Assembly (NCBI RefSeq): GCF_001194135.2 | Contig: NC_068993.1 | Location: forward strand, 44,257,361-44,321,360 | Reading direction: 5' to 3' | DNA from: Octopus bimaculoides | Lineage: Eukaryota | Length of the DNA: 64,000 nt | Shown: positions 1-12,244 of the stretch, in pieces | Layout of the letters: each line of letters opens with the position of its first letter | Position numbering within the stretch: position 1 is the stretch's first letter | Notes under the pieces: generated by a model | What the model was told of the DNA's origin: nothing | The model's input: only the letters and a program-made list of their open reading frames with translations | Databases searched by the model: none | Translations under genes and position numbers: made by a program

Positions 1-25
1 ACCACTTTAGTAGAAAGTGGGTTAT

Positions 26-70
26 TGCAGCTCAGCGGGCTGCGTGATCGAATCACGTCGGGGGTCACCA
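26..70 (+). other. tRNA-Trp(CCA) 3'-half copy including the CCA end (extended primer-binding site on the minus strand)
   Basis: tgcagctcagcgggctgcgtgatcgaatcacgtcgggggtcacca aligns to positions 33-76 of eukaryotic tRNA-Trp as I recall it, with about 5 mismatches and 1 extra G. The T-arm hairpin CGTGAT/ATCACG is visible. It is not a full tRNA gene. Confidence 0.75.
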
Positions 71-421
71 GTATAGCTGAAAGTGGGTTATACATCTTTA
101 GATTGTATACCTGACTTCCTACTATAAAATTAAAGAATATAACGGAACGCTGAACTCCAGACTATCAACTTAAACAACACTTTATTTAGGTGGTAAATAT
201 ATAAACATCGTTAGTTCTTGTTGTTACAGCTTCTGTGTGTATGAGCATAGTTGTTGGGACGTTGTTCTGTAGTTGTGAGCGAGCTGTCGAGTGTAAGTCC
301 GAAATATGTACAGAGACAGCTTAAATACGTCCATGCTCAATCGCTGGCCAGCGAGAAAGAGAATGAATTGAGCGGGAACGCTTGGTTGTTTAATTCTACG
401 CGTGCGCACGGCGTTACTACA
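71..421 (-). mobile_element. Probable 5' LTR of an LTR retrotransposon whose internal region runs off the left edge
   Basis: Minus strand begins TGTAGTAACG at 421, has AATAAA (tttatt at 181-186), is CpG-rich, and is followed on the minus strand by TGGTGACCCC (Trp PBS). Confidence 0.55.
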
Positions 422-429
422 AAGTAAAC

Positions 430-1700
430 AACTCCAAATGTGAGCTCTGGACCACCTGGCTTCTCAACATCAACCAACTATTGACATTTTTGCAGAGCCC
501 TTCCCTTCCATTGCAGTCCATCCCCCATCGGCTTGCTGTTCCTTAGGAGCCCCAATCACTGACCTTGCCTTTTAGTTCATTTTCCAGTTGAAGGTGGCTG
601 CCCTTGAGCAATTGCTGAAAAATATCGAAGCTATCGAACCCCATCAAGGTTTTCTCAAACTTAGGAATTACCTCTCGATCCCAAAGCTTCTGTATTTGCT
701 CAGAGTCAGCTCGTCTTACCGATTCCCATCATGCCGCCAATGCTTTGATAACCTAATCTTTTAGAGGCTTGAATGCTTAGTCAATGTCAGACTCTCTCCA
801 ACGTCCTGCGATCGGGCTGCCCAAGCGATTTGGAGGTCTTGANNNNNNNNNNAGGCTTGAATGCTTAGTCAATGTCAGACTCTCTCCAACGTCCTGCGAT
901 CGGGCTGCCCAAGCGATTTGGAGGTCTTGATCTTCGTAAGTGTTCGTCCCTCTCTTCCTCTCTGCTTCCTTTACTCCATCCACGCCTGCTCCACCCTGGT
1001 GAGCAACATCCTCTCCTCTCCAACATGGACCAGGGAGGTGGATGAAGGTCTCCAACGCTGAAGGGAGTGAGGCTTGTCTGGTGGAGGACTGTCAGAGGCA
1101 GAGAGCTTGGGACAACCTAATTTCGAGGGCTTCCTCTTCATCCAGTCGGACCAGTTTTCAAGGTGCCGCTTACTGTCTGCTAAGGCCAAATACTCAGGTG
1201 ACTGGATTGATGCCATCCCTGTGGCTAATGCTGGTAGCCTACTCAGTTTGGACGAACTTCATGTCTCCATTGCCCTCAGAGTGGGAGTTGACGTATGCAA
1301 AGGTTTGATCTGTCGTTTGTGACAGGCTTCTCGACTTCACAGGCCTCCATGGCCTTTCTTGCCGCCTGAATGCTGGTCGCTTCGCGTCTCATACCCTGAT
1401 ACTCAAGAGGAGCTTGGCCCAAGCAAACATCCCCTCCATCTTGGAACCATCTGGATTGTCCAGATGTGATGGGAAGAGACTTGACGTCCTTACCCTGTTC
1501 CCCTGGTAGCAAGGCAGATGCCTTGTCTCGGATATCACAGTTAGCGGCTCCTTTGCTTCTTCTCACATCCTGGATGCTGCGGTCAGGGCGAGATCCACAG
1601 CTTCTGCGGCAGAGAGGAACAAAATCCTGAAATACCGCAATCTGTCAGCCAACTACATTTTCCATCCTGTGGCGTTGGACCACTAACTGCGAGATTCCTG
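430..1700 (-). mobile_element. Degenerate RLE-type (HERO/R4-like) non-LTR retrotransposon, C-terminal region
   Basis: Frameshifted minus-strand peptides HLENWSDWMKRKPS, SLQRW and RLSKHWRHD (the WRHD motif follows the CCHC knuckle in RLE LINEs). Boundaries are approximate. Confidence 0.55.
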
Positions 1701-3431
1701 TCTTCACTGGTAACTCACCTTGCGGAGGTAACTGATGAAGCTCGTGAGGGCCAACTTTTCAACCCAAAGTGGTGAATTGTTTGGGGTTTTTCTCCCTTTT
1801 CTTTTTTTAATTTTTTCAATTGTGTTCTCTGTTTTGTCCAATTTTCTAATTTAATTTTGTAAAACGGTAAACACTGTGAAAGCAATTGAGGTAAATTAAC
1901 AACTGCAAGGTTTTCTAGTATGAAACCGTTCATTAACGTATGTGTGTAGATTCTCACATGCATACGTTCACGTGCACACACATACATTCATAGACATGCA
2001 CCTATGCTCACATATGGTTAGTGTTTAGGTTAATGATTACGAATATGTTGAAAATTTTTTTTAATATATTTCTGCTTTAAACGAGGTTTAACCACCGTTT
2101 TGTAACGTTGATGTTGTCAGTTTGAGACATTATACCCATTGTGTTTCCAAATTTCTGTCTTTTTAAAAACGAAAATGTCCCAACTGTGACCATCCCATCT
2201 CTTTTTCTCTCTCCTTCCCTCCCCCCTCTCTCTTTCTCGCATAATTACACTTTAGTACTCTCTGTCAATAATACACATTTTTATATGTAAAGGAAATCAG
2301 CCAACTCATTTTCTCATTGTACCTTAAGCTCCGGGATTTCTACACTCACACACGTACGCACAGACAGAGGCTTGTCTAGTGACCAGTATTACAAACCCAT
2401 AACTAAAGTCTGGCTTCTTCTCTTCTTGCCATTCTCTTTCACTTTACCTTTTCTTTTCATTTCCTGTCTCTTTCCTTCTTGTCTTATTGACGTTCTTTTT
2501 TTCTCTATTTACACTAACACCGTCAAGCGAGAAAAAAAAAAAAGACCTGCTTTTCTGATGCTCTCACCCAAATCTCAGTTAAATAAAATAACAACGAACC
2601 TACAAGCTGCTATTATTGTCCCGTTATTGTTTTTTTTTTTTGTCCCCGTCTCCAGTTACTGACTGACACTTCAGTAAAGTGGGTGCTAAGATACAAGATC
2701 TTAACATGACTGTTTAATAATGCACACCCATATCTTAAGCAGAATGTATACAGGTAAATTTTTGTTGTATCTTGTTACCTTCACTTTATGTGAAAAATTT
2801 TGATGCTGGTTTGTGCATATCTGAAATAGAGGACATAAAAAGATTGCGTGTTTATAAATATTAATAATCGTTTTTAGGTTAAGCACAAAACCATCATTGG
2901 GGTGAGGGGTCCTGAACTCGGTTGAGATAGGAAGCGAACAGATGGTGAAATCGACCCAGTTATTGACGAGTACTTTATTTTTAATACCCACCCACATGAA
3001 ACCCGATAACAATCTCTTTATTACCACAATAAATTACAAGTGTAGCTTCGTATTTCTATACTACAAATTGACTTTCTTTCTATTTTGCACTTACGACAGG
3101 AAATTGACAGAGCCGTTAGGGAGTGGTGCAAAAAGGCCTTGCAATATTTGTTCTGACTCTCAACACAGACTTCAAATCTCATTGAGGTCAACATTGCCTT
3201 TCATTCTTTCAGGGGCGATAAAATATAGTCCCAGTCTACTGTAGATTAGCTAGACGAGGTAGATAGCGGGGGTGGCAGTCTACCCTTAGGCGACGCTTTT
3301 ATGAGGGGTGATACTTTTGGGTCCAATATACAAGCCTGTATAGGAGCAGTGGCAGCCGGAGGCCAGAAGTAGGATACGGTAAACTCAGAGGCCAACCCGT
3401 GTGGTCCACACTCTCGCTATGCTATTGCCAG

Positions 3432-4480
3432 TGTAATATACGACCGTACGAACCAAGGAGATGGTGACGAGTGGAAGAAAACTATTTTTTACGCGTCGCA
3501 CGGTCGAATACAAAAAATACTTGTTATATAACATAAGATGGGCTCCCAATGAGAGATGATGCGAGCGAGTGCCCGTAAGGAAAGAGAGAGATGGACACAA
3601 CCGTTAGATATATAAAGAGAGTAGGTTTATTAACATAGTGAACAGCGTGTCTGTGTGTGCGTGCATGCGGCATATAGACAATACAATGTGTACAGGCCTT
3701 CTTGTACAAGAGTATTTATACAACAATATGAATGACTGACCGTCGTATAAGCAAGAGTGTGTGTACAATTAGTGAGAGTACATAAAGGTGTGTGTGTGTG
3801 AGTGAGAAATACAGAGCATAGAATAAATGTCTGTAACAGTGACAAATAAGCGTCGGAACACATAGATAAATGCCAGTTCGTATAAGAGTTACAGTCGGTA
3901 ATGTTCGTACGCAAGAAGTCATGGCCAAGGAGCAGAGCTGTGGTGTCACATGTTGTGTGTGAAGTTGAGCGTCGATGCTGTAGACCGGTTACTTGGTACA
4001 GAAGGTTCTCGCATGGTTGTTCTGGCTGTTAACTTCGTGGTGGAAACAATCCACTCAAACAGTGTCGAGATGAAACCGCGGTTGTTGTTGTTGGTGGTGC
4101 GTGTACTCTGGTGGTGGTGCTGGTGCTGGCGACGACATTGTTGTAGACAGTAGATCGGTGGTGTTGGCGTCGTCGCTGGAAACTGGCTGGTTGGTGTGTG
4201 GTCTACGATCAGACCTAAAAAGGTCTGTGGTCGTGACAAACTGGCGTAGTTGGAACAGGGCTCACCGGAAACGCAGAAAAACTCTCTCACGTGACCTTAT
4301 CTGAAGGCCACGATTGGACGGTATGCACCCTGGCGAGAAACAGAACTGGAGATAAATGCCGCGCAAATAAGAACCAATCAGGGTGGTGGACACAAGGGTC
4401 CAAGCGTGCCGAAGGCTAGATGGTATTAGCCGCTTCGTTATCATTTGTAATTAAATACCGGAGAGAGAGGTTTCACTACA
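3432..4480 (-). mobile_element. Solo LTR, about 1.05 kb
   Basis: Termini TGTAAT...CACTACA with a 4-bp TSD CCAG (3428-31 and 4481-84); homologous to 6588-7636. Confidence 0.85.
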
Positions 4481-6587
4481 CCAGTATAGGTTGTTGTATT
4501 GGTAGAATTGTCTGAGCATTGGACAAGATGGTCAGACAGTGCTTTATTTTTGTGCATAGACATAGACGTGGCTGTGTGATTAAGGATTTTGCTTCAGTCA
4601 TGTGGTCTCCAGTTCAATTATATTGCATGGCACCTTGGCTAAGTGTCTTCTACTATAGACTGGACTGACTGAAGCCTTGTGAATGGATTTGGTAGATGGC
4701 AACTGGAAGAAGCATGCTGTCTGTTTGTCTATTTACTTACATATATATATATGTGTGTGTGTGTGTCTATGTATTTGTGTGTACCTTTGTCTTGATATCA
4801 CATGATAGTTGTAAACGAGCATCATCATCATGCAAACAACGTTGTTCCTTTCCCATCTTCTGTGGAAAACATGTCTTGCTTGGAAGGGCCTCTAGCTGTT
4901 AAAAATATGTCAACAAATTCCACTTGACCCTTGTGAGCATTCTTACATGATAAAAATGATGTATGTGTGCTTGCTCTTATGTCATAAATACCCTTGTCTG
5001 GCATACATTTGCTTTCAATCACACCAATCACTTGCAATTGTGTATATTTGTTTGCATTCACTTATGTATCTACCCTCATTTGTGCACCCTCGTGTATATA
5101 TAGAAGCAAAATGTCAACATTATATGAAGTATTAAGTTTTCAGTGTATGGGATGTGTATTGTGTGATTGTCTACCTCTCTACTGCATGTTTCTTTTATTG
5201 TTGTTTAACACCAGGTCTGCCTAATTGGGTAGATATATAACCAAAGGCAGCACTACAATCACAGATGTGCACATGTGTAGCAACAGCATCATTACAGATT
5301 GTGTATGTGTGTGTGTGTTTTGCAGCATCACCATTACAGATGTGTGTGCTTATAGGTGTGTAGTAGTATCACAAATATGTAAACAATGTTGCTTGCAAAA
5401 TTATGAATATTAAGTTTTACAGTCTGTATACATATATATCTAGATATATCTCTTAATCCCTGAGGTAATTTTCTCATTTGCTTTAATGTGTGGTACACAC
5501 ACAAATTCTGCTACCCACATGCCTATATAAATGTGTATACGCACGCACACACATGATTGTGGTTGGAAAATGTCATCGTAAGGGTTGTCATCCATGGGTT
5601 GGGGTGGGGTGGGGTGGGGTGGGCTGATCTTGGGTATAAATAACATTATTATCTGTCCATTCTCCACACATCCTCTCTCTCTTCTTACAAATAACTTTTT
5701 ATCAAAGCCTTCTTAGTTTAAACCTTGTCAGCATACTCCAAATTTTATTGTTTCTCCTTTTGTTTCTAAATAGAAACAAATAAAAAAAAAAGCAAATAAA
5801 CATAAAACACTGAATTTTTTATTTTATTAATTTGTTTGTTTCTTTATTTGTTTTATACCTTTTAACATAGTATTTACTCTTTACAAGTTCAGAAATACAA
5901 TTCTACTATTAGAATTCCAGTTGTTTGATTTAGAATGTTGTCGTGATAGTTAGTGAGAGACAATAATAGCAACAAAAGACATTCTTGAAATATTTCACTA
6001 ACTTTTATTATTAATCATTGTTGAACAGAATCAGTTGACTCTTAACAATTTTTGTTTATCTTTTTTCTTTTCTTTTCTGTCTCATTCATTTTCATTATCT
6101 TTTTTTTTTTTATCAGTTTGAGTGTCCCACAAAGAAATATCTGATTTTTTTCAGTAAATTGATTTCATACCTGGGTACAAAATAAATTGTTTTAGGTCAG
6201 ACAGTGTAATTTGATGGAATTGACTCTAGGCACTGGCATGGTTGTGTGGTTAAGTTTGCTTTGCAGCTACATGATTTCAGGTTCAGTCCCACTGCATAGC
6301 ACCTTAGGCAAATATCTACTATTATAATCCTGGGCTGACCAATGCTTTGTGAGTGAATATGTCAGATGGAAAGTGTATGGAAAGCTTGCCACATGTGTGT
6401 GTGTCTGTGGAGGTGTGTGGGTTAGTGGTTGCATTCATGATCTTACGATTGTAGTGAGACATTGTGTTCTTCAGCAAAACACTTCATTTCACATTACTCC
6501 GGTTCACTCAGCTGGCAAAAATGAGTAATCCTGCTACGAACGGATGAAATATTTACCACAGAATCCAGGAAACTGGCCTTATGAATC

Positions 6588-7636
6588 TGTAAGGGACGAC
6601 CGTGCGAACTCAAAAAGGAGAAATGGTGACGAATGGACAAACAGAGGACTCCTTTTATTTAATCGTGTCACACGGTCGAACACAAAATAATATATCGAAG
6701 ATGATATACTAATATGTTATGCGACGATAACATAGATGACCAGTAATGAAAGACCACAACCGTATTAGATGAATAACAGAGATATTTATGATGGCGTTAA
6801 AGATGTATGTCTGTGTGAGAGTGTGAATGCGACCTATAAGAACATAATCAAAGACAGGCTGTCGTACAAAGAAAAGTGTGTATGTGAGTGATACATGTGT
6901 GTNNNNNNNNNNNNNNNNNNNNNNNNNNNNNNNNNNNNNNNNNNNNNNNNNNNNNNNNNNNNNNNNNNNNNNNNNNNNNNNNNNNNNNNNNNNNNNNNNN
7001 NNNNNNNNNNNNNNNNNNNNNNNNNNNNNNNNNNNNNNNNNNNNNNNNNNNNNNNNNNNNNNNNNNNNNNNNNNNNNNNNNNNNNNNNNNNNNNNNNNNN
7101 NNNNNNNNNNNNNNNNNNNNNNNNNNNNNNNNNNNNNNNNNNNNNNNNNNNNNNNNNNNNNNNNNNNNNNNNNNNNNNNNNNNNNNNNNNNNNNNNNNNN
7201 NNNNNNNNNNNNNNNNNNNNNNNNNNNNNNNNNNNNNNNNNNNNNNNNNNNNNNNNNNNNNNNNNNNNNNNNNNNNNNNNNNNNNNNNNNNNNNNNNNNN
7301 NNNNNNNNNNNNNNNNNNNNNNNNNNNNNNNNNNNNNNNNNNNNNNNNNNNNNNNNNNNNNNNNNNNNNNNNNNNNNNNNNNNNNNNNNNNNNNNNNNNN
7401 NNNNNNNNNNNNNNNNNNNNNNNNNNNNNNNNNNNNNNNNNNNNNNNNNNNNNNNNNNNNNNNNNNNNNNNNNNNNNNNNNNNNNNNNNNNNNNNNNNNN
7501 NNNNNNNNNNNNNNNTCACGTGATGACAAGGAATGGGTTCTCTACTACGCTCGCATTTATTTATATTTAAATGAGAAGATTGTATGTAATGGCGATAGTA
7601 GTTTTGTATCTAGTGACGATAGGTAGTTTCACTACA
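6588..7636 (-). mobile_element. Solo LTR related to 3432-4480, spanning an N gap
   Basis: Termini TGTAAG...TTTCACTACA with a 4-bp TSD AATC (6584-87 and 7637-40). Shares acgaccgt.cgaac, atggtgacga and cacggtcgaa with the first copy. Confidence 0.85.
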
Positions 7637-7678
7637 AATCTATGGCTCAGGAAGAACCTTTGATCCTATGTATGTGTG

Positions 7679-7728
<50 letters not shown>

Positions 7729-7732
7729 TGTG

Positions 7733-7781
<49 letters not shown>

Positions 7782-8236
7782 GTGTGTGTCTGTGTTTTAC
7801 CACCATCACCATCACTTGACAGCTAGTGTTGGTTTCTTTACATCCCCATAACATAGTGATTTGGTAAAAGATACTGGTACAATAACTACCAACCTTTAAA
7901 AAAATAAGTACATGCATGGCTGCAGTTCAGTGATGAAACAAGTAAATGCCTTCTAACAGGATACATCTGTGCTAAAAAAAAATGGTAATCTTTAATTCTA
8001 CAAATTCATATGTAATTTATAATAAATTACTAAAAATTAGAAATGATTAATTTCTAAATCTCACAGAGAGACTTCAGCAGCAGTGTCATGATAAAGTGGT
8101 TGCATACTGTCAACTTAACGTGACAGTCCCAATAAGGGAATCATACTACTGCTATTTAGCCCTAGGCCTTGACACATTTCCTGTGTCCTTATGTTTATGA
8201 GGGGGAGACAAGCACCTCCACCCAGCCTAGCCTGCA

Positions 8237-8279
8237 TTCAGGGACATGTTTCTGAGTTTTTGCTCATCATCAGCCTGAA
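8237..8279 (-). ncRNA. Minimal type I hammerhead ribozyme motif
   Basis: Minus strand reads UUCAGG-CUGAUGA-UGAG-CAAAAA-CUCA-GAAA-C-AU-G-UC-CCUGAA: 6-bp stem I, 4-bp stem II, complete core, palindromic ACAUGU stem III and a GUC cleavage triplet. Confidence 0.75.
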
Positions 8280-11200
8280 GTAGCATGACCAGGTGCCTGT
8301 CAAGCTCTCATAAATATATATATTTCTAAATATTACTGTTTTGATCTTTTAAAGATAATTCTTTTTCTTTTCAATATGGATCTCAGTATCAGATAATTTC
8401 AGATTGGAATGTAGGCAAATGTTTGTTCATAGCCTTAAAGTTTACCCTTATCTGATGTAGATTTTCCCTCATTAGGTTTGTATGATTTGTGCCAAAATAT
8501 TACAATAGAGTGTTTGGTTATATTTATGTTTCTGTTTAAAGTTTGTTTTCCTAATCATTACAATTTATATGATCTTTTCTCAAATTAGATAAATTTTTTC
8601 CTTTCATTCCTCCGAGATTCACTCTGGTACTTTCTATTATTAGTCAAATTAGTTCTTACCATTGCTTTCTTATTTCACACAAGACAATCCCAAGGAGGAC
8701 ATGCCAATTGAATTAGAACCCAGTGTATGTCTGGTATCTATTTTATTGACCTTGGAGTGATGAAAAACAAAGTTGATTTTTAAAAAAAACAAAAAAAAAA
8801 ACGGAAAGCCCATGGCAAGTAAAATGACTTAAGAATCAGGATCTGAAGAGAACTTGTTCTTAAGATTTCCCAACATTGTTTCAGGGGGTTGAGAATTTAG
8901 AAAAAGTGTTTATCTTTGCTTTTTAAAATTAATAGTACACTGAGTAATGGGCAGATAATAATTTTCTCCTTTTTTTCTGTGGTTGCCTAAATAAATCTAG
9001 GTGTTTTTTGTCATTTTAGATCCAGGAAGTGAAAATATAAAACCAACAACAAAAAAAAAAAAAAAAATAGTTTAACTACAATCTGAATTAGGATGAAGTA
9101 ATTCAGGGAAAGAATAAAAGTAAAATAAAATTTGATATTTAACTACTGTTCTTTGATAAGTCTTTTTTCAGTTCCTTGTGATACCAAAAGGGTAGCTTGA
9201 TCCAAACAAGAAAATGGCATTTTTACACCACTTTAGAATCAAATTAATAGCCAGTAGGTTGGGGCAGTAGGGTGCGTGTGGGGTTTCAAGTTGAAGTACT
9301 TTCATTAAGTTGATTTTTAAAGTTTTATTTATATTTATAGAACTGTCAAAGGATTACTGTACATTCAGTGCAGTAATGTGTTTTGTTGTTTTTGTTTGTC
9401 ATGTCTCTGGATGATTTATCAGACGGAGTATTATTTGTACAGCTAAAGACACTTCGCCAGTTGACCAGCTGAAGAAGCTGAATTAGAGGCATTGTTGTTT
9501 CATTAGCCAAGATGTTAGATCCTCCTCTTTCTCTTTGTCCTTTTAAAAATTTCTTATGTACAATGACAAAGAAACCTGTTTGGTCTTGTTTTCATTATTT
9601 AATACTTAATTCTCTTGCTGCAAATGTTGAACTACTCACTACATAAACAGTCACACGCTACTGACTATGCTGATAAAAATTGACTACTATTGGATTGCTG
9701 ACTACATAAATAGCCATGAATCAAAAACTCAAGATAATTTATGCGCAAGTTATTGCGGAAGCCATGCACTTCTATTTAACTCAGACTACTTAGTTAAAAG
9801 TTTCTATTTTATTTCAAGGTTGAGTGGTTAGATATTAAAAGAGCATTCAGCTGTAACCAAAGCAAATAAAAGAATTCTAAAAAAAAAACAAGGCTGTTGC
9901 TATTACAAGAAACTTTAAATTACTCCATTAACCTTTTATTATTATAATTATCAGTGAAGCATGTTTGAGATTGCTGCAGAGCTGCAAAACCATTTGGTAC
10001 ACACTCGTTCAATATCCAAGTATTGTAAGTTTACAGAATGATGTCAAACAATTATTGCCGCATGTTGGACAGATGAAGGTGTTAACTGAGGCTATCATGA
10101 GGTTTCACTGCCCTTAAGTTGGGAAGACAGACTGTTTATTCAGTCTTGTGACTATGGATAAAGGGGATTGTGGTCTGATGTTTTCATCTTTGGTTAAGAT
10201 TTCTGTGGTGTATGTGTGCAAGTAGATGTAATCGCCTTACCTCGGTTTTCCTTTCGTCGACTGCGAGTCTGTCTTGCGGTATCCGATCCTCGAAGCTTGC
10301 CTCGACATGAAGAACACTAGGAATAGCAACTGCTTTTCCCAAACCTAGACCGTCACTTAGCACGCCCTCTCCTGACAACGACCCGGTTCGAAAAAGGGTA
10401 CGAAATCCTGATCGAGGCTCCCTCTGCCCTTCTTCCTCTTCCGGTCAACTTGCCCTTCCGGTCAGCTCCCCAGTCACTGACGTCATACCACAATTTCATC
10501 AACTTCACCACCCACCACTTGGAGGAGGTGTGACTTTCAAAGAATTTGCTACAAGTTAGGCACAGGTCCTGAATATATTTTAACTGAATGACCTCACTCA
10601 AAATGTGCCTCTAGGTCAGAGGACACACCATAGAGTGAGAGAATGAGAGGATTTGTTCTTAGCTGTAAGAGCAATGCAAGACCTATGGAATGGATTCCCT
10701 GGTGGCTGTCCTTCCTACTGAGACCTTGTATTTCATTCTCTGTTGTTTTTATTCTCTGATTTTTTAAAATTTCATAATTGATTCTATTATATACAATCTA
10801 CAATCACCACTGTTTTTGTAATTACGTAATGCCCTCTTGTTGTTATTATTAAGGTGGTTGGTGTTAGGAAGGGCATCTAGCCATTAAAGCTCTGTCAAAA
10901 TGGACAGTGAAGCCTGATGCAGTCTTCTGCCTAGCAGCATTTTATCTGTCTTTACAATCTGAGTTCAAATTCTGCTGAGGTCAACTTAACCTTTCATCCT
11001 TTAGGGGTTGATAAAATAAGTACCAGTTAAGCACTGGGGGTCAATGTAATCAACTTACCTTTTACCTGAAATTGCTGGCTTTGAAATAACAGAAACCAAA
11101 ATAAGAGTAAAAAGAACATATAAAAAAAATCGTGTAATTGGATTCTGTCATACTGAATGCATTTCCAGTAATGAATTGGGTACATCTTAAAGGGTGTCTA

Positions 11201-12244
11201 TTTTGAACTATTGATTGGTGATCCATTGAAAGTCACGTTTACTTTGTCAACAACACAATACAGCTTTACCACCAGCTGTGACTTAACATATAATGAACAA
11301 ATATGGAAATTGACCTTTGAGGTTTGGTGACAATAAAAGTTGCAATGCTGGCATCATAAACATTGTTATTGATAGGGAAAATGAATATATATTGATTGGA
11401 AATGTTTTGCTTGTTTATATTGTGTTAATTTCTAGATAATGCTTTGACTTTGTTTTTTTTTTTTTGTTCATTATGGTGTTGTTGCTGTTGTTTATCTCTT
11501 AGTTGGTTCACTATTCACTCTCATTTTACTGCTACATTCTAGCACTGGCTGCAACAATACTAGACCTGCTAGAAATACCAGCCAAATCACCATCCAATTA
11601 CATGCTATCATTTTAAAACCAATTGAAGAATACATTGTATAATGATGCTTGACGATCATGGTTGGAATACTGTTGATAAAAGTTCAACTTGATCAGAGAT
11701 GACGTGGGGCTAAGCTTCCACAACTCAGTTTGAGAATTTTAAAACATAATTTCACTTAGTTAAACATCTTTATTATCATATATTTTTGCTTTCATTATCG
11801 TTAGTTCTGTAGATGAAAGAAGTAATAAAGTTGTTTAAACACTTCATATGCTCCCATTAAAATCCCCTTTCAGAAATAAGTCAATAAAAGTGTCTATAAG
11901 AGGTCACTGGCCCAGCCTGCTAGAAATAAACCACTAAATATATTCTTAAATACAGCATAGTCGTTGTCAGCAGCAGTATTTTAACATCCATTTTTCCATG
12001 TTTGTATGGGTCAGGTGGAATTCAACTGAGACAGATTTTATACAGACAGATACCCTTTTTGTTGCTAACCCTCACCGGTTTCCAAGTACAGTCATGTTTT
12101 CCCTCAGTTGGATATTGTCACAGAAGACTAGAAACAAACGACATCACTTGTATGACAATGACACTTGCTTACAACTATCACGCAATGTCAAGGCATGGAG
12201 ACAAAAACATATGCACATACACAGATACACACATGCAAAATAAA

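Noticed and set aside
766-929. Exact 77-bp direct repeat around a 10-N gap
   Set aside because: Identical copies on both sides of a minimal gap indicate an unmerged contig overlap (assembly artefact).
1732-1756. Hammerhead-like CTGATGA-agctc-GTGA-gggc-caac
   Set aside because: It lacks the essential GAAA and has no stem I/III partner.
4566-4700. tRNA genes in SINE heads
   Set aside because: They show only degenerate A/B-box-like sequence continuing into the SINE body, with no complete cloverleaf.
6834-7626. Long ORFs in the supplied track here and at 12288-12796, 14052-14821, 27209-28363 and 32585-32983
   Set aside because: They are inflated by N runs translated as X. Only the RTE part at 14052-14291 is meaningful.
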